A DNA stretch of 64,000 bases, from positions 2,331,141 to 2,395,140 of the forward strand of contig OX638324.1 of the NCBI GenBank assembly GCA_951812825.1, written 5' to 3'. The notes beneath the pieces are model-generated. The model saw nothing but the letters and a program-made list of their open reading frames with translations. It was not told the origin of the DNA and searched no databases. This document shows positions 1-9,156 of the stretch, one piece after another (positions within the stretch are counted from its first letter, which is position 1; each line of letters begins with the position of its first letter). The position numbers were made by a program, and so were the translations under genes. Source of the DNA: an uncultured Dehalococcoidia bacterium. Lineage in GTDB: Bacteria; Chloroflexota; Dehalococcoidia; Lucifugimonadales; GCA-2712585.

Positions 1-1
1 C

Positions 2-187
2 GAGTTCTTGCAGACGTTGAAGGCGACGCCGCCCGCTCCGGGCCACGACAGGGTGATCGTGCCCGGGGAGCCAGAGTGGGAAACAGAACAGGAAAGGCTG
101 GCCAACGGCATTCCCCTTCATCGAGAGGTTATCGACTGGTTCCGCGTAACGTGCAATGAGATGGACATCCTCTACGGGCTGGAGTAA
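2..187 (+). CDS. 3' end of an Ldh2-family (type-2 malate/L-lactate/sulfolactate) dehydrogenase gene, truncated by the window edge
   Basis: Open frame from the window start to TAA at 185-187. The translation ...DRVIVPGEPEWETEQERLANGIPLHREVIDWF... resembles the conserved C-terminal PGE...GI.L segment of Ldh_2 enzymes. Recognition is from memory only. Confidence 0.4.
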   Translation, partial: EFLQTLKATPPAPGHDRVIVPGEPEWETEQERLANGIPLHREVIDWFRVTCNEMDILYGLE

Positions 188-257
188 TTTTTCCCTGGTA
201 AGACAAGAGTCTTTATCCAAATAGTCTCATACTTTCACGATGGAACCTTGAGAGAGG

Positions 258-1385
258 TTGTGTTTGGTTCAGAAGGACGCGTTTCCAAAGATTACTGAGC
301 GGGGGTTAGACCAGCTGCGGCGGGTGATGAACGTGGAGCTGGAGGCGCGCGACCCCTTCAATCGCTACGCATCTCCGGACACGATACGTCACTTCGCCCA
401 CGCCATCGGCGACGATAATCCCCTGTTCACCGATGAGGAGTATGCCGCTTCTACACGCTGGGGAGGGGCGGTGGCGCCGCCGACCTTTCTGTTCAGCTGC
501 TTTGGGCGGGGCGCGCCACAGGGTCTGAGGGGGATTCATAGCATGTGGGGTGGGGCTTCTTTTGAGATGCACAGACCGATAGTGTCGGGGACGCGGATTT
601 TCGGTACGGTGGCGCTTACGGGTCTTACGCCCAAGGAGAGCCAGTTTGCTGGCAAGACCATTCTTCAGGAGCACGTATACACCTTTACGGATGGAGGAGG
701 GGAACTGCTGGCTAAGGTGAAGGAGTGGCACTTGCGAACGGAGCGGGACACGGCACGGCGTCGAGGGAAGCATCGTCGTTTGGAGCCCGCCAGCTATTCG
801 CCGGAGGAGATCGAGCGGATATTTCTGGACTATGAGAAAGAAGAAATTCGTGGGGCGGAGCCGAGGTTCCTGGAGGACACATTGGTGGGGGAGAAGCTTC
901 CGCCGGTGGTAAAGGGGCCGCTGCGAGTGACGGACAACGTGGCGTGGAAGGTGGGGTGGGGGTTTCGTCCGTTTGCCTACGCCCACAAGCTGGGAGTGGA
1001 CTACTACAGGAAGCATCCAATGGCGTTTATTCTCAACGATCAGGGGGTGCCGGACGTGCCGGAGCGGGTGCATTGGGATGAGAACTTCGCCCGGAGGGTG
1101 GGTGTGCCTACGTCGTACGACTTCGGCCCTCAGCGGGTGGCATGGCTGGGGCAAGTGGTGACGAACTGGATGGGAGACGACGGGTTCATCGCGAGCTTTT
1201 GGGGAGAGGTGAGGCGGTTTAACCTGGTGGGGGATACCCACTGGTTGAGAGGAGAGGTGACGGGCAAGGAGGAAGGGGAGGGACAGCGCTTTGTGACGGT
1301 CGCATTATCGGGTGTTGACCAGCGAGGTGAGGAGACAATTCGTGGAGGGGCAGAGGTGGCGCTCCTTTCTCGTGAAGGGCGATAG
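258..1385 (+). CDS. MaoC-family (R)-specific enoyl-CoA hydratase/dehydratase with N- and C-terminal hotdog halves
   Basis: 375-aa ORF. The N-terminal half has FAHAIGDDNPLFTDEEYA...APPTF, typical of MaoC_dehydrat_N. The C-terminal half has a hotdog-like ...FNLVGDTHWLRGEVTGKEE...VALSGVDQRGEE. The TTG start at 258 is uncertain and 264 is possible. The gene directly precedes the CoA-transferase genes. Confidence 0.75.
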   Translation: MCLVQKDAFPKITERGLDQLRRVMNVELEARDPFNRYASPDTIRHFAHAIGDDNPLFTDEEYAASTRWGGAVAPPTFLFSCFGRGAPQGLRGIHSMWGGASFEMHRPIVSGTRIFGTVALTGLTPKESQFAGKTILQEHVYTFTDGGGELLAKVKEWHLRTERDTARRRGKHRRLEPASYSPEEIERIFLDYEKEEIRGAEPRFLEDTLVGEKLPPVVKGPLRVTDNVAWKVGWGFRPFAYAHKLGVDYYRKHPMAFILNDQGVPDVPERVHWDENFARRVGVPTSYDFGPQRVAWLGQVVTNWMGDDGFIASFWGEVRRFNLVGDTHWLRGEVTGKEEGEGQRFVTVALSGVDQRGEETIRGGAEVALLSREGR

Positions 1386-1404
1386 GGGGCGAAGTCCAGA
1401 GTAG

Positions 1405-3849
1405 ATGGGCAGGATGACTATGGGAGTCGGCGCACCTCCGCTGGAAGGGATTCGCGTTCTCGACCTATGCCAACCGGAGGGTCAGTTGTGCGGGCGGTTG
1501 CTGGCGGACTTAGGTGCGGAGGTGATTCTGGTGGAGCCGCCCGGAGGAGATTCGGGTCGTGGACTAGGGCCTTTTGCCGAGGGGGTGGCGGCGCCGGAGA
1601 GTAGTCTGTCGTTCGCCTATTTCAACGCAAACAAGAAGAGCATTGTGTTGGACTTGAGGGAGCATGGGGGTCGGGACCGGCTCAGGGAACTGTCTAAGGA
1701 TTTTGACGTTATCCTGGAGACGTTTGAACCGGGTGTGATGGAAGAGTGGGGGTTGGATTATCCTCAGCTATCTAAGGACAATCCGGAGCTAGTGATTGCT
1801 TCTATCACCGGCTTTGGGCTGTGTGGGCCATATAGTGGCTACAAGGCCCCAAGCGTCGTGTGCTCGGCGGTGGGGGGTGTCATGTACCTGTGCGGATCGG
1901 AAGATAGGCCGCCTCTGGCAGAGCTTGAGGACCAGCCCTATCATCTGGCCTCGGCCTTTGCGGCTACAGGAGTTTTGCTGGCGTTGAGGCAGCGTGAATC
2001 GACGGGCCGGGGCCAAATGGTAGAGATCTCGTGCCAGGAGGTTCAGGCGTTCCAGCAGCATATTCTGGTGAACTACAGCGCCAACGAGAACGTGCTGAAG
2101 CGGGCGGGCAGCCGGACTCCGGTGGGTGGAGGGATGCCCTACGGGATCTACCCAACCAGCGACGGATATTGTCATCTGGTGGTGATTGCCACGTCGCATT
2201 GGCGGAGCTTTGTCGATTGGATGGACGAACCCGACGCCCTCATGGACGACCTGTGGGACAACAGGCACATTCGGATAGCCAATCCGGACTTGATTGAGCA
2301 CCTGACGGGCGAGTTCACCCGGAAGTTTACTAAGGCGGAGTTCTTCCGTCAGGGCCAAGCGCGGCGGGTGACGACAGCGCCCGTCAATACGCCCGAGGAG
2401 TTTGTTGGCGATCCGCACGTGAGGGACGTGGGGTTGTTCGTGGAGGTGGAGCATTCTGCGTTGGGAAGGAGCAGGCTGGTTCGACCACCGTTCCGTCTGA
2501 GCGCCTCGCCTGCGATCATCGAGAAAGGTGCGCCGTTGTTGGGAGAGGACACGGAGGAGGTTCTAGGAGGAACATCTGTAGGAGGGCCAAGAAGTGTTGG
2601 AAGTCCAATATTGGGCCAGAATAGCCCGCGTAACAGTGCAGAGTCGGGACCGTTATCGGGGGTAAGGGTGTTGGACTTCAGCCAGGCGGTGGCGGGGCCT
2701 GTGTTGACGCAGCTGCTGGCGGCCTTCGGTGCTGAAGTCATCAAGGTGGAGTCGGAGTCGCACCAGCAGCGGGGAAGGACGCGAGAGGGCATGGACCCGA
2801 GGATTGTGCTCCAGCAGCGGGTGACGTTTGCCGACATGAATCGCAACAAGCGGTGCATCACCATCAACATGGGCACACACGAAGGTCGGGAGATTGCGAG
2901 GCGGTTGGTCCCGCATTGCGACGTGGTGGTGGAGAATTTCAGTCCGCGGGTGATGGACCGGTGGGGGTTGGGCTATGAGGGGCTGCGGGAGTTGCGAGAT
3001 GACATAATTATGATGCGCCTGCCCGGATTTGGGCTTTCCGGCCCCTACCGGGACTATGTGGGGTTGGCGGCTGTCGCCATGGCGGTTACCGGCATGTACC
3101 ATCAATGGTCTTACAATGACGGGTCGGAGCCGGCGGGGCCTCCCGTGTGGGCACCGGACTATCTGAGCGCGGCTTTTGGCGCAATGGCTCTTCTGGCGGC
3201 CCTGCGATATCGACGGCGCTCGGGGGAAGGACAGCTAATTGAATTGAGCCAGATGGACGCCACGGCCTATGTTATGGGGGCATCTTACCTGGACTATTTT
3301 GTTAACGGACGGAGTAAGGAGCCTGTGGGAAACGGGCATCCACAGTTTGCGCCACACGGCGTGTATCCGTGTCGGGGTGAAGACCGATGGTGTGCAATAG
3401 CGGTCACATGGGACGAGGAATGGGAGGCGCTGGTTGCGGCGATGGGAAGTCCGGCGTGGGCAAGGAATGGTGGATTGGCCACAGCCGAGGGTAGACTGCG
3501 GGAGAGGGAACGGCTGGACAAACTTATTGGAGAGTGGACGCGAGAGCGGTCTGCCAATGAGGTAATGGAGGCGCTGCAGCTGACCGGGGTGCCTGCCGCG
3601 TTGGTGCAGGACGGCAAGGACTTGTTCAGGGACCCGCATTTGAGGGCGCGGGGATTCATGAAGGCGATCGACCATCCTTTGACGGGGGCCGTTGAGTATC
3701 CCGACGTGCCCCTTCGATTGTGGGAGACGCCGGGACGCTTGGAGTGGTGGCATAGGATGGGTGAGGACAACGGGTACGTGTTCGGGGGGATTTTAGGGAT
3801 GAGCGAGGCGGAGATTGCATCTCTGCGAGAGGCGGGGGTGTTGAAGTGA
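1405..3849 (+). CDS. Tandem-fused family III (CaiB/BaiF) CoA-transferase with two complete domains in one chain
   Basis: 814-aa ORF. Residues ~13-385 and ~417-814 each open with the family signature: GIRVLDLCQPEGQLCGRLLADLGAEVILVEPPGG and GVRVLDFSQAVAGPVLTQLLAAFGAEVIKVES. The halves are joined by a Gly/Ser/Pro linker. The stop codon is TGA at 3847-3849. Confidence 0.85.
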   Translation: MGRMTMGVGAPPLEGIRVLDLCQPEGQLCGRLLADLGAEVILVEPPGGDSGRGLGPFAEGVAAPESSLSFAYFNANKKSIVLDLREHGGRDRLRELSKDFDVILETFEPGVMEEWGLDYPQLSKDNPELVIASITGFGLCGPYSGYKAPSVVCSAVGGVMYLCGSEDRPPLAELEDQPYHLASAFAATGVLLALRQRESTGRGQMVEISCQEVQAFQQHILVNYSANENVLKRAGSRTPVGGGMPYGIYPTSDGYCHLVVIATSHWRSFVDWMDEPDALMDDLWDNRHIRIANPDLIEHLTGEFTRKFTKAEFFRQGQARRVTTAPVNTPEEFVGDPHVRDVGLFVEVEHSALGRSRLVRPPFRLSASPAIIEKGAPLLGEDTEEVLGGTSVGGPRSVGSPILGQNSPRNSAESGPLSGVRVLDFSQAVAGPVLTQLLAAFGAEVIKVESESHQQRGRTREGMDPRIVLQQRVTFADMNRNKRCITINMGTHEGREIARRLVPHCDVVVENFSPRVMDRWGLGYEGLRELRDDIIMMRLPGFGLSGPYRDYVGLAAVAMAVTGMYHQWSYNDGSEPAGPPVWAPDYLSAAFGAMALLAALRYRRRSGEGQLIELSQMDATAYVMGASYLDYFVNGRSKEPVGNGHPQFAPHGVYPCRGEDRWCAIAVTWDEEWEALVAAMGSPAWARNGGLATAEGRLRERERLDKLIGEWTRERSANEVMEALQLTGVPAALVQDGKDLFRDPHLRARGFMKAIDHPLTGAVEYPDVPLRLWETPGRLEWWHRMGEDNGYVFGGILGMSEAEIASLREAGVLK

Positions 3850-3859
3850 GGGGTAAAGG

Positions 3860-5128
3860 ATGAACATGACGGGGGTTCCAACGGGTTCGCTGCAGGGCGT
3901 GCGGGTGCTGGACCTGACGCGGGTGCTGGCGGGGCCTTTCTGTACGAGGTTGATGGCGGACATGGGGGCGCACGTGGTGAAGGTGGAGCCGCCGGGGGGC
4001 GACGCGGCGCGGCAGTTTGAGTACATCACACCGGAGGGGGTTAGCGGGTACTTCATGCAGCAGAATTGCGGCAAGGAGGATATCTGCCTGGACTTGGCGC
4101 ATCCCGGGGCGAGGGAGGTGGTGGACCGGCTGGTACGAGTGTCGGACGTGGTGGTGGAGAATTTCAGGCCGGGTGTGATGGGGCGTTTGGGGTTGGACTA
4201 CGAGAGCCTGCAGCAGTTGAATCCGTCAATAATCTTGTGCAGTATCAGCGCCTTCGGGCAGAACAGCCCGTACGCTCATCGGGCTGCCGGCGACATGGTG
4301 GTGCAGGCGATGAGCGGCATAGCGTCGCTGACGGGTGATCCGGACGGACCGCCGCAGACGGTGGGGATGTCGATGAGCGACACCAGCGGCGGGGTGCATG
4401 CATTCGGGGCTATCTGCGCGGCGCTGTACCACCGGAGCGTCACGGGCAGAGGGCAGTTCATTGATCTGGCGCTGGCGGACTGCATTCTATGGCAGAACGA
4501 GTGGGCAAGCCAGTATCTGTTCCTGAGTGGAGGTGAACAGGTCCCACGGAGATATGGGAATCGACGGCCAATTCTGATACCCGGCAATCTATTTCGGGGT
4601 AAGGACGGCTGGGTGGCGATTGTGGCGTCGACGGACCCGGGCTGGCGGAATCTCACGGAGGCGATGGGACTGTCGCATTTGGCAGAGGATGGCCGGTTCG
4701 TGGACAGGGTGGCTCGGATGGCCCATCGTGATGAGCTGGAAGCGATAGTTGAGGAGTGGGTAGGGTCCTTCGAGTCGGTACAGGAGGTGGAGGAGTTGCT
4801 GGCGGACCGGGGAGGCGTCCAGTGCGGTCGGGTGCGTTCCTGGAAGGAGATGATGGAGGATGAACACGTGGAGCGTCGGCGGCTGGTGTCGTCGGTAGAG
4901 GACCCGCTTATGGGCGCGACTCCGGTGATGAACTCGCCGTTCAGGACGGAGGGCGTGAGGTCTGAGGCGCGGGGGCCGGCCCCGCTATTGGGACAGCATA
5001 CGTACGATGTGCTGGGGGAGCTGCTGGGGTGCTCGAACGGGGAGATTCTGGAGATGATTAACGCCAATTCGGTCCATGCAGACCCGGTAGTGATGATGGA
5101 GCTGGTGCAGAGGCTGATGGAGGGGTAG
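3860..5128 (+). CDS. Family III (CaiB/BaiF) CoA-transferase
   Basis: 422-aa ORF with GVRVLDLTRVLAGPFCTRLMADMGAHVVKVEPPGGD and AAGDMVVQAMSGIASLTGDPDGPP motifs. It starts 10 nt after the upstream gene. Confidence 0.85.
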   Translation: MNMTGVPTGSLQGVRVLDLTRVLAGPFCTRLMADMGAHVVKVEPPGGDAARQFEYITPEGVSGYFMQQNCGKEDICLDLAHPGAREVVDRLVRVSDVVVENFRPGVMGRLGLDYESLQQLNPSIILCSISAFGQNSPYAHRAAGDMVVQAMSGIASLTGDPDGPPQTVGMSMSDTSGGVHAFGAICAALYHRSVTGRGQFIDLALADCILWQNEWASQYLFLSGGEQVPRRYGNRRPILIPGNLFRGKDGWVAIVASTDPGWRNLTEAMGLSHLAEDGRFVDRVARMAHRDELEAIVEEWVGSFESVQEVEELLADRGGVQCGRVRSWKEMMEDEHVERRRLVSSVEDPLMGATPVMNSPFRTEGVRSEARGPAPLLGQHTYDVLGELLGCSNGEILEMINANSVHADPVVMMELVQRLMEG

Positions 5129-5135
5129 TGGGGAG

Positions 5136-5159
5136 GCGAGCGGTTCGCGAACCGCTCGC
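5136..5159 (+). terminator. Perfect 24-nt palindrome GCGAGCGGTTCGCGAACCGCTCGC downstream of the CoA-transferase operon. It may be a terminator or a REP-like hairpin.
   Basis: 12+12 perfect inverted repeat 8 nt after the stop at 5128. No T-tract follows. The core CGGTTCGCGAACCG recurs at 8307-8326. Confidence 0.4.
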
Positions 5160-5190
5160 AGGGGTGGTTTACGGGAGAAGTGGGTGTGTG

Positions 5191-6323
5191 TGATCTCGTT
5201 CAGATAGATATGAGACGGATGGAGTTGTAAGGGAAATAGAAAGGGACCATCCTTTGGGTGAGATAGACCGAAGGAGGTCCCTTTCATGAGGGTAGTAGGA
5301 CTACCCAAATCATTCTATCAGCTTTCGAAGAGGACACCAGCACAGCTGACGTTGAAAGCGCAAGATCGGATGAGGTGGGTGAGTGGCTGGAATAGGTTGA
5401 GGCAACGGGGAGTGACGGCATCGGAAGCAGCAGAGGCACTGGGACTGTCACGCTGTAGCCTGTACCGGTGGGACAAAGCCCTCAGGGAGGAAGGGCCGGC
5501 GGGCTTAGTAGACAAGAGTCGACGACCCAAGAGGGTGAGGCGGCCTACGTGGACTGTTGAGTTAGCTAGGGCAGTGCTAAAGCTGAGGGAAGAGTATCCT
5601 AGATGGGGGAAGGACAAGCTGGCGCCGTTGCTCAGGGATAAGGGCTGGGAGGTGTCCACATCCATGGTGGGCCGCATTCTGACTCGCTTGAAGGCCCGTG
5701 GGGTGTTGAAAGAGCCGCCCCGTGACGGTATATCGGCCCGTAGGCGCACGCGTCCGCGTCCCTATGGGGTACGGAAGCCGAGGGAGTATCAGGTCATAGA
5801 ACCGGGGGACATCGTGCAGGTGGACACTTTGGACGTGCGCCCTCTGCCTGGCATGGTGCTCAAACACTTCACCGCTCGGGACATGGTCTCCAGGTGGGAC
5901 GTGCTGGAGGTGCACACAAGGGCCACGTCCACACTGGCGGCCCGGTTCCTTGAGTCCATGCGGCGACGGTTTCCCTTCCCCATCAAGGCAGTTCAGGTGG
6001 ATGGAGGCTCCGAGTTCATGGCGGACTTCGAGACCGCTTGCCAGAAGTTCGATATCAAACTCTTCATACTGCCGCCGCGCTCTCCCAAGCTCAACGGCCA
6101 TGTGGAGCGGGCCCAGCGTACTCATACCGAAGAGTTCTACGAGCTCTATGATGGCGAACTGGATGTCTCTACCCTCAACCGGGCTCTGCTCAAATGGGAG
6201 CAAATCTACGACACCTTCCGACCTCATCACTCCCTGGACGGACTAACCCCTTTGCAGTATCTTCTCCAGTGCCACCCATCCTTGGTCCCTTCTAATCTGT
6301 CTCACATGTACTGAACGAGTACA
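5191..6323 (+). mobile_element. IS481-like insertion sequence, copy 1 (1133 bp)
   Basis: Boundaries were defined by where identity with the inverted copy at 58867-59999 stops. The imperfect terminal inverted repeats are TGATCTCGTTCAG... and ...CTGAACGAGTACA, matching at 11 of the first 13 positions. The element is flanked by GTGTG on both sides, a candidate 5-bp target duplication. Confidence 0.85.
5286..6314 (+). CDS. IS481-family DDE transposase (HTH plus rve integrase core)
   Basis: 342 aa. An N-terminal HTH (AEALGLSRCSLYRWDK) is followed by DDE residues in the contexts VQVDT, VQVDGGSEF and NGHVERAQRT. It is identical to the ORF at 58876-59904 except for one residue (S/T). Confidence 0.9.
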   Translation: MRVVGLPKSFYQLSKRTPAQLTLKAQDRMRWVSGWNRLRQRGVTASEAAEALGLSRCSLYRWDKALREEGPAGLVDKSRRPKRVRRPTWTVELARAVLKLREEYPRWGKDKLAPLLRDKGWEVSTSMVGRILTRLKARGVLKEPPRDGISARRRTRPRPYGVRKPREYQVIEPGDIVQVDTLDVRPLPGMVLKHFTARDMVSRWDVLEVHTRATSTLAARFLESMRRRFPFPIKAVQVDGGSEFMADFETACQKFDIKLFILPPRSPKLNGHVERAQRTHTEEFYELYDGELDVSTLNRALLKWEQIYDTFRPHHSLDGLTPLQYLLQCHPSLVPSNLSHMY

Positions 6324-6408
6324 GTGTGTTGCATATTGGGGGCAATGGGCATATCATTTCGTGGACTGGCTTGCCAGTCTATTCGCCAGAAATCTAGGAG
6401 GAATTTCA

Positions 6409-7719
6409 ATGGTAAAGTCTGCCGAAACCTTGGAACGGCTTTTTGTTGAGAGCCGGCCCAAATCCGCCGCGCTGTTCGAGAGCGGCAAGGACGTAATGCC
6501 CGGCGGAGGCATGAAGAGCCTGGGCTATTCTCCGCCTCTCTATATCGAAAGAGCCGAAGATTGCTACCTGTACGACATCGACGGCTACCGTTACGTCGAC
6601 TGGATCAACAACGCCTGCACGCTGGTGCTGGGACACAGCCCGACGGGTGTGGTTAACGCGCTAACCGACATTGTGCAGAACGGTATTGTGTTCGGCGCGC
6701 CCAACACCTATGAGAAGCCGATTGCAGAGCATATCTGCCAGCGTATTTCGTCCATCGAGAAGGTGCGCTTCACCAACTCGGGCACGGAGGCGGTGATGAA
6801 CGCGCTGCGGCTGGCCCGCGCGTATACGGGGAAGCCGAAGATCGCCAAGTTCGAGGGAGGCTTCCACGGCACCACGGACGACGCCGAGATAAGCATTGCG
6901 CCACCGCTGGACGAGGCGGGCTCCGACGAGGCCCCGAACGCGGTGGCGGAGTACAAGGGGATTAACCAGGGAACCATCGACAACATTGTGGTAATGCCCT
7001 ACAACGACTCCGAGGCCGTGGACCTGATTCTGACGGAGAACCAGGAAGAGATTGCCGCAGTGATCTACGACCCGAAGTCGGGCAACTATGAGATTCCTCA
7101 CGAGTTCCTGCGCTTCGTCGTCGACAAGTGCAAGGAGTTGGGGATTCTGTTCATCATGGACGAGGTGAAGAGTCTACGGGTCTCCTACGGCGGCTTTCAG
7201 GAGCTGGCGGGAGTGGACCCGGACATCACCACGCTGGGCAAGCTGGTGGGCGGCGGAATGCCGGTGGGCGCCTTCGGCGGGAAGTCTCACATCATGGACA
7301 TGATGAGCGGCGCGGGCGGCATCAGTTCCGGCGGGACGTACTCGGGGAATCCGATGACGCTGGCGGCGGGACTGGCCCACATGGAGGAAGCAACCCCCGA
7401 GGTGTACGAGCACCTGAAGGCGTTGGGGGAGAGGCTGAGACAGGGGCTGGAGGACGTGTTCACACGCTCCAACGTAGCGGCGCGGGTAGTCTATACGGAG
7501 AACATCATGAGCGCGCACATGACGGCGGACCCGGTACGGAATTACCGGGACATTGTGAAGTTCGACCGGGACATGCGGCGTCGGCTGATGCTGGGGATGT
7601 TCCTGGAGGGGCACTACGCCCGTGAGCTTCAGGAGATGACGACTTCCGCTCCGATGACGAACGAGACGGTGGACGACTTCCTTGCTTCGCTGGAGAAGGT
7701 GCTGAACGACAAGGAATAG
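6409..7719 (+). CDS. Class III PLP-dependent aminotransferase (glutamate-1-semialdehyde aminomutase-like)
   Basis: Motifs NSGTEAVMNALRLAR, GGFHG, DEV and LGKLVGGGMPVGAFGG (PLP lysine context). The preferred start is ATG 6409, preceded by AGGAGG. The ORF track extends to 6361. Confidence 0.8.
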   Translation: MVKSAETLERLFVESRPKSAALFESGKDVMPGGGMKSLGYSPPLYIERAEDCYLYDIDGYRYVDWINNACTLVLGHSPTGVVNALTDIVQNGIVFGAPNTYEKPIAEHICQRISSIEKVRFTNSGTEAVMNALRLARAYTGKPKIAKFEGGFHGTTDDAEISIAPPLDEAGSDEAPNAVAEYKGINQGTIDNIVVMPYNDSEAVDLILTENQEEIAAVIYDPKSGNYEIPHEFLRFVVDKCKELGILFIMDEVKSLRVSYGGFQELAGVDPDITTLGKLVGGGMPVGAFGGKSHIMDMMSGAGGISSGGTYSGNPMTLAAGLAHMEEATPEVYEHLKALGERLRQGLEDVFTRSNVAARVVYTENIMSAHMTADPVRNYRDIVKFDRDMRRRLMLGMFLEGHYARELQEMTTSAPMTNETVDDFLASLEKVLNDKE

Positions 7720-7742
7720 GTACGACCAGCAGCAACTTTGGA

Positions 7743-7774
7743 GGGGTCGGCGTTGTACCGCCGACCCCTTTTCT
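7743..7774. terminator. Rho-independent-type hairpin between convergent genes
   Basis: The stem pairs GGGGTCGGCG (7744-7753) with CGCCGACCCC (7760-7769) around a 6-nt loop, followed by TTTT. It lies between the aminotransferase stop (7719) and the cytochrome c stop (7773). Confidence 0.6.
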
Positions 7775-8255
7775 ATTGCTGAGGGAAGGGGTCTTGCTGG
7801 CTGGCGAAGGCCTGGGACTCGGATATGGAGATGCCGCGGCTTGTTTTGCCTTCCCAAAGGCTTTTGACGTAGGTGAGGACGGCGACGATTTCCTGGTGGC
7901 TGAGGGTTTCACCAAGGGCGGGCATGACGGTCTTGTAGCCGGGAACGGCGAATTCGGCGCCGCCGTCACGGACGATGCGGTAGAGGAGACCGTCGGAGTG
8001 GTGCCAGGTGTGACCGTCGCCGTTGAGCGGGGGCGCCGGCAGGGAGCCGTCGGCGTTGCGGATATGCCAGTTGGGTTGGCCTTCGCCGTTGACGCCGTGG
8101 CAGCCGGCGCAGTTGGTCGCGAAGAGAGTGCGTCCTGAGGGAGCGGAGGGGGAGGGGGACTGTGGCGCCGGGCCATTTGCGTTCTGGGATGAGGAGCAGC
8201 CCCAGAGGGCGACTGCGGCGAGGATGAGGATTAGGAGGATGAATAGATTCTTCAC
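7773..8255 (-). CDS. Secreted or lipid-anchored class I c-type cytochrome
   Basis: 160 aa. It has a signal peptide ending ...ALWGCSS, the haem-binding motif CAGCH and a distal MPA methionine context. Confidence 0.8.
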   Translation of the reverse strand: MKNLFILLILILAAVALWGCSSSQNANGPAPQSPSPSAPSGRTLFATNCAGCHGVNGEGQPNWHIRNADGSLPAPPLNGDGHTWHHSDGLLYRIVRDGGAEFAVPGYKTVMPALGETLSHQEIVAVLTYVKSLWEGKTSRGISISESQAFASQQDPFPQQ

Positions 8256-8306
8256 TTCGGAATGCTCGTTCAGAAAGACAGATAGGGGGTGGTTGGATGA
8301 GGGCCA

Positions 8307-8326
8307 GGGCGGTTCGCGAACCGCCC
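8307..8326 (-). terminator. Perfect 20-nt palindrome GGGCGGTTCGCGAACCGCCC downstream of the minus-strand gene ending at 8361
   Basis: 10+10 perfect inverted repeat sharing the core CGGTTCGCGAACCG with 5136-5159. Confidence 0.4.
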
Positions 8327-8360
8327 CTACATGCCCGCCGAATCAAGGACAGAGCCGTGC

Positions 8361-9056
8361 TCAGGCGGGGTGGATGCGCTGGTGGAGGCCGAGGCGGACG
8401 TCGGTGGTTGCAGCGTGCATACGCTGTGCCCATTCGGTGCTGTTGGCGGCTTTGACATCGGGGTGGGCGATGGCGTCGGGGTCGTCGAGTTCGTAGATGG
8501 CAATCCACTCCGGGTCGAGGCAGGGGGTGCGGGGGTGGAGGCCGGCGCGGCGGCCCAAGCGGGCGCTGCGGAAGCCGGGGACTTTCATCATCATTGGGAT
8601 GTGTTCGTCCTGGTGCCACCTGACGAGCTGGTCGGCGTTCTCGGGGGAGACGTCCATGCGGATCGTTATGAGGTAGTTGCTCTGGACGGCGCCCATGGAC
8701 CTGGCGGGGTCTCGGGGTTCTTCGAAGTCGCGGGGAGTGTCGGCGATGTTGGCCGTTACAAGCTGGTTGTAGAGGGAGGCGGAGTGGTTGGAGAAGCCGT
8801 GGCTGAGTTTTGGCCCCCAGTCGTCGTTTATGCGGACGTTCTTGTAGGCCTGGGTGCTGAGGAGATCGATGTTGGGGAGCTCGTAGAGATGGAGGTACTG
8901 GGGTTCTCCCTTGAGGGAGCGGAAGCGGACGGCGCTGAGGAAGCCGGAGCCGAGGAGGTCGGAGATGTGGCGGGTGTTGTTCCAGAGGTTGGCTTCTTCT
9001 GATATTTCGTCCTGCATGTCGAGGCGGATGGTGTAGATGATGGGGAGGTCTGACAT
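8361..9056 (-). CDS. Hypothetical protein with two tandem ferredoxin-like (DUF4286/EthD/ABM-like) alpha+beta barrel halves
   Basis: 231-aa ORF with an internal duplication. The two halves are IIYTIRLDMQDEISEEANLWNNTRHISDLLGS.GFLSAVRFR...LHLYELPNIDLL and YLITIRMDVSPENADQLVRWHQDEHIPMMMKVPGFRSARLGRR...IAIYELDDPDAI. Family assignment is tentative. The ORF itself is well supported. Confidence 0.45.
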   Translation of the reverse strand: MSDLPIIYTIRLDMQDEISEEANLWNNTRHISDLLGSGFLSAVRFRSLKGEPQYLHLYELPNIDLLSTQAYKNVRINDDWGPKLSHGFSNHSASLYNQLVTANIADTPRDFEEPRDPARSMGAVQSNYLITIRMDVSPENADQLVRWHQDEHIPMMMKVPGFRSARLGRRAGLHPRTPCLDPEWIAIYELDDPDAIAHPDVKAANSTEWAQRMHAATTDVRLGLHQRIHPA

Positions 9057-9156
9057 GGGTTGGGTTCCTTTCTGTTTCAGTTTGGGTGGGAGTCATCCCC
9101 ATCCTAACCTTCCCCCATCAAGGGGGGAGGGACTAAGGGAAAGGGGTATTGGGGGA

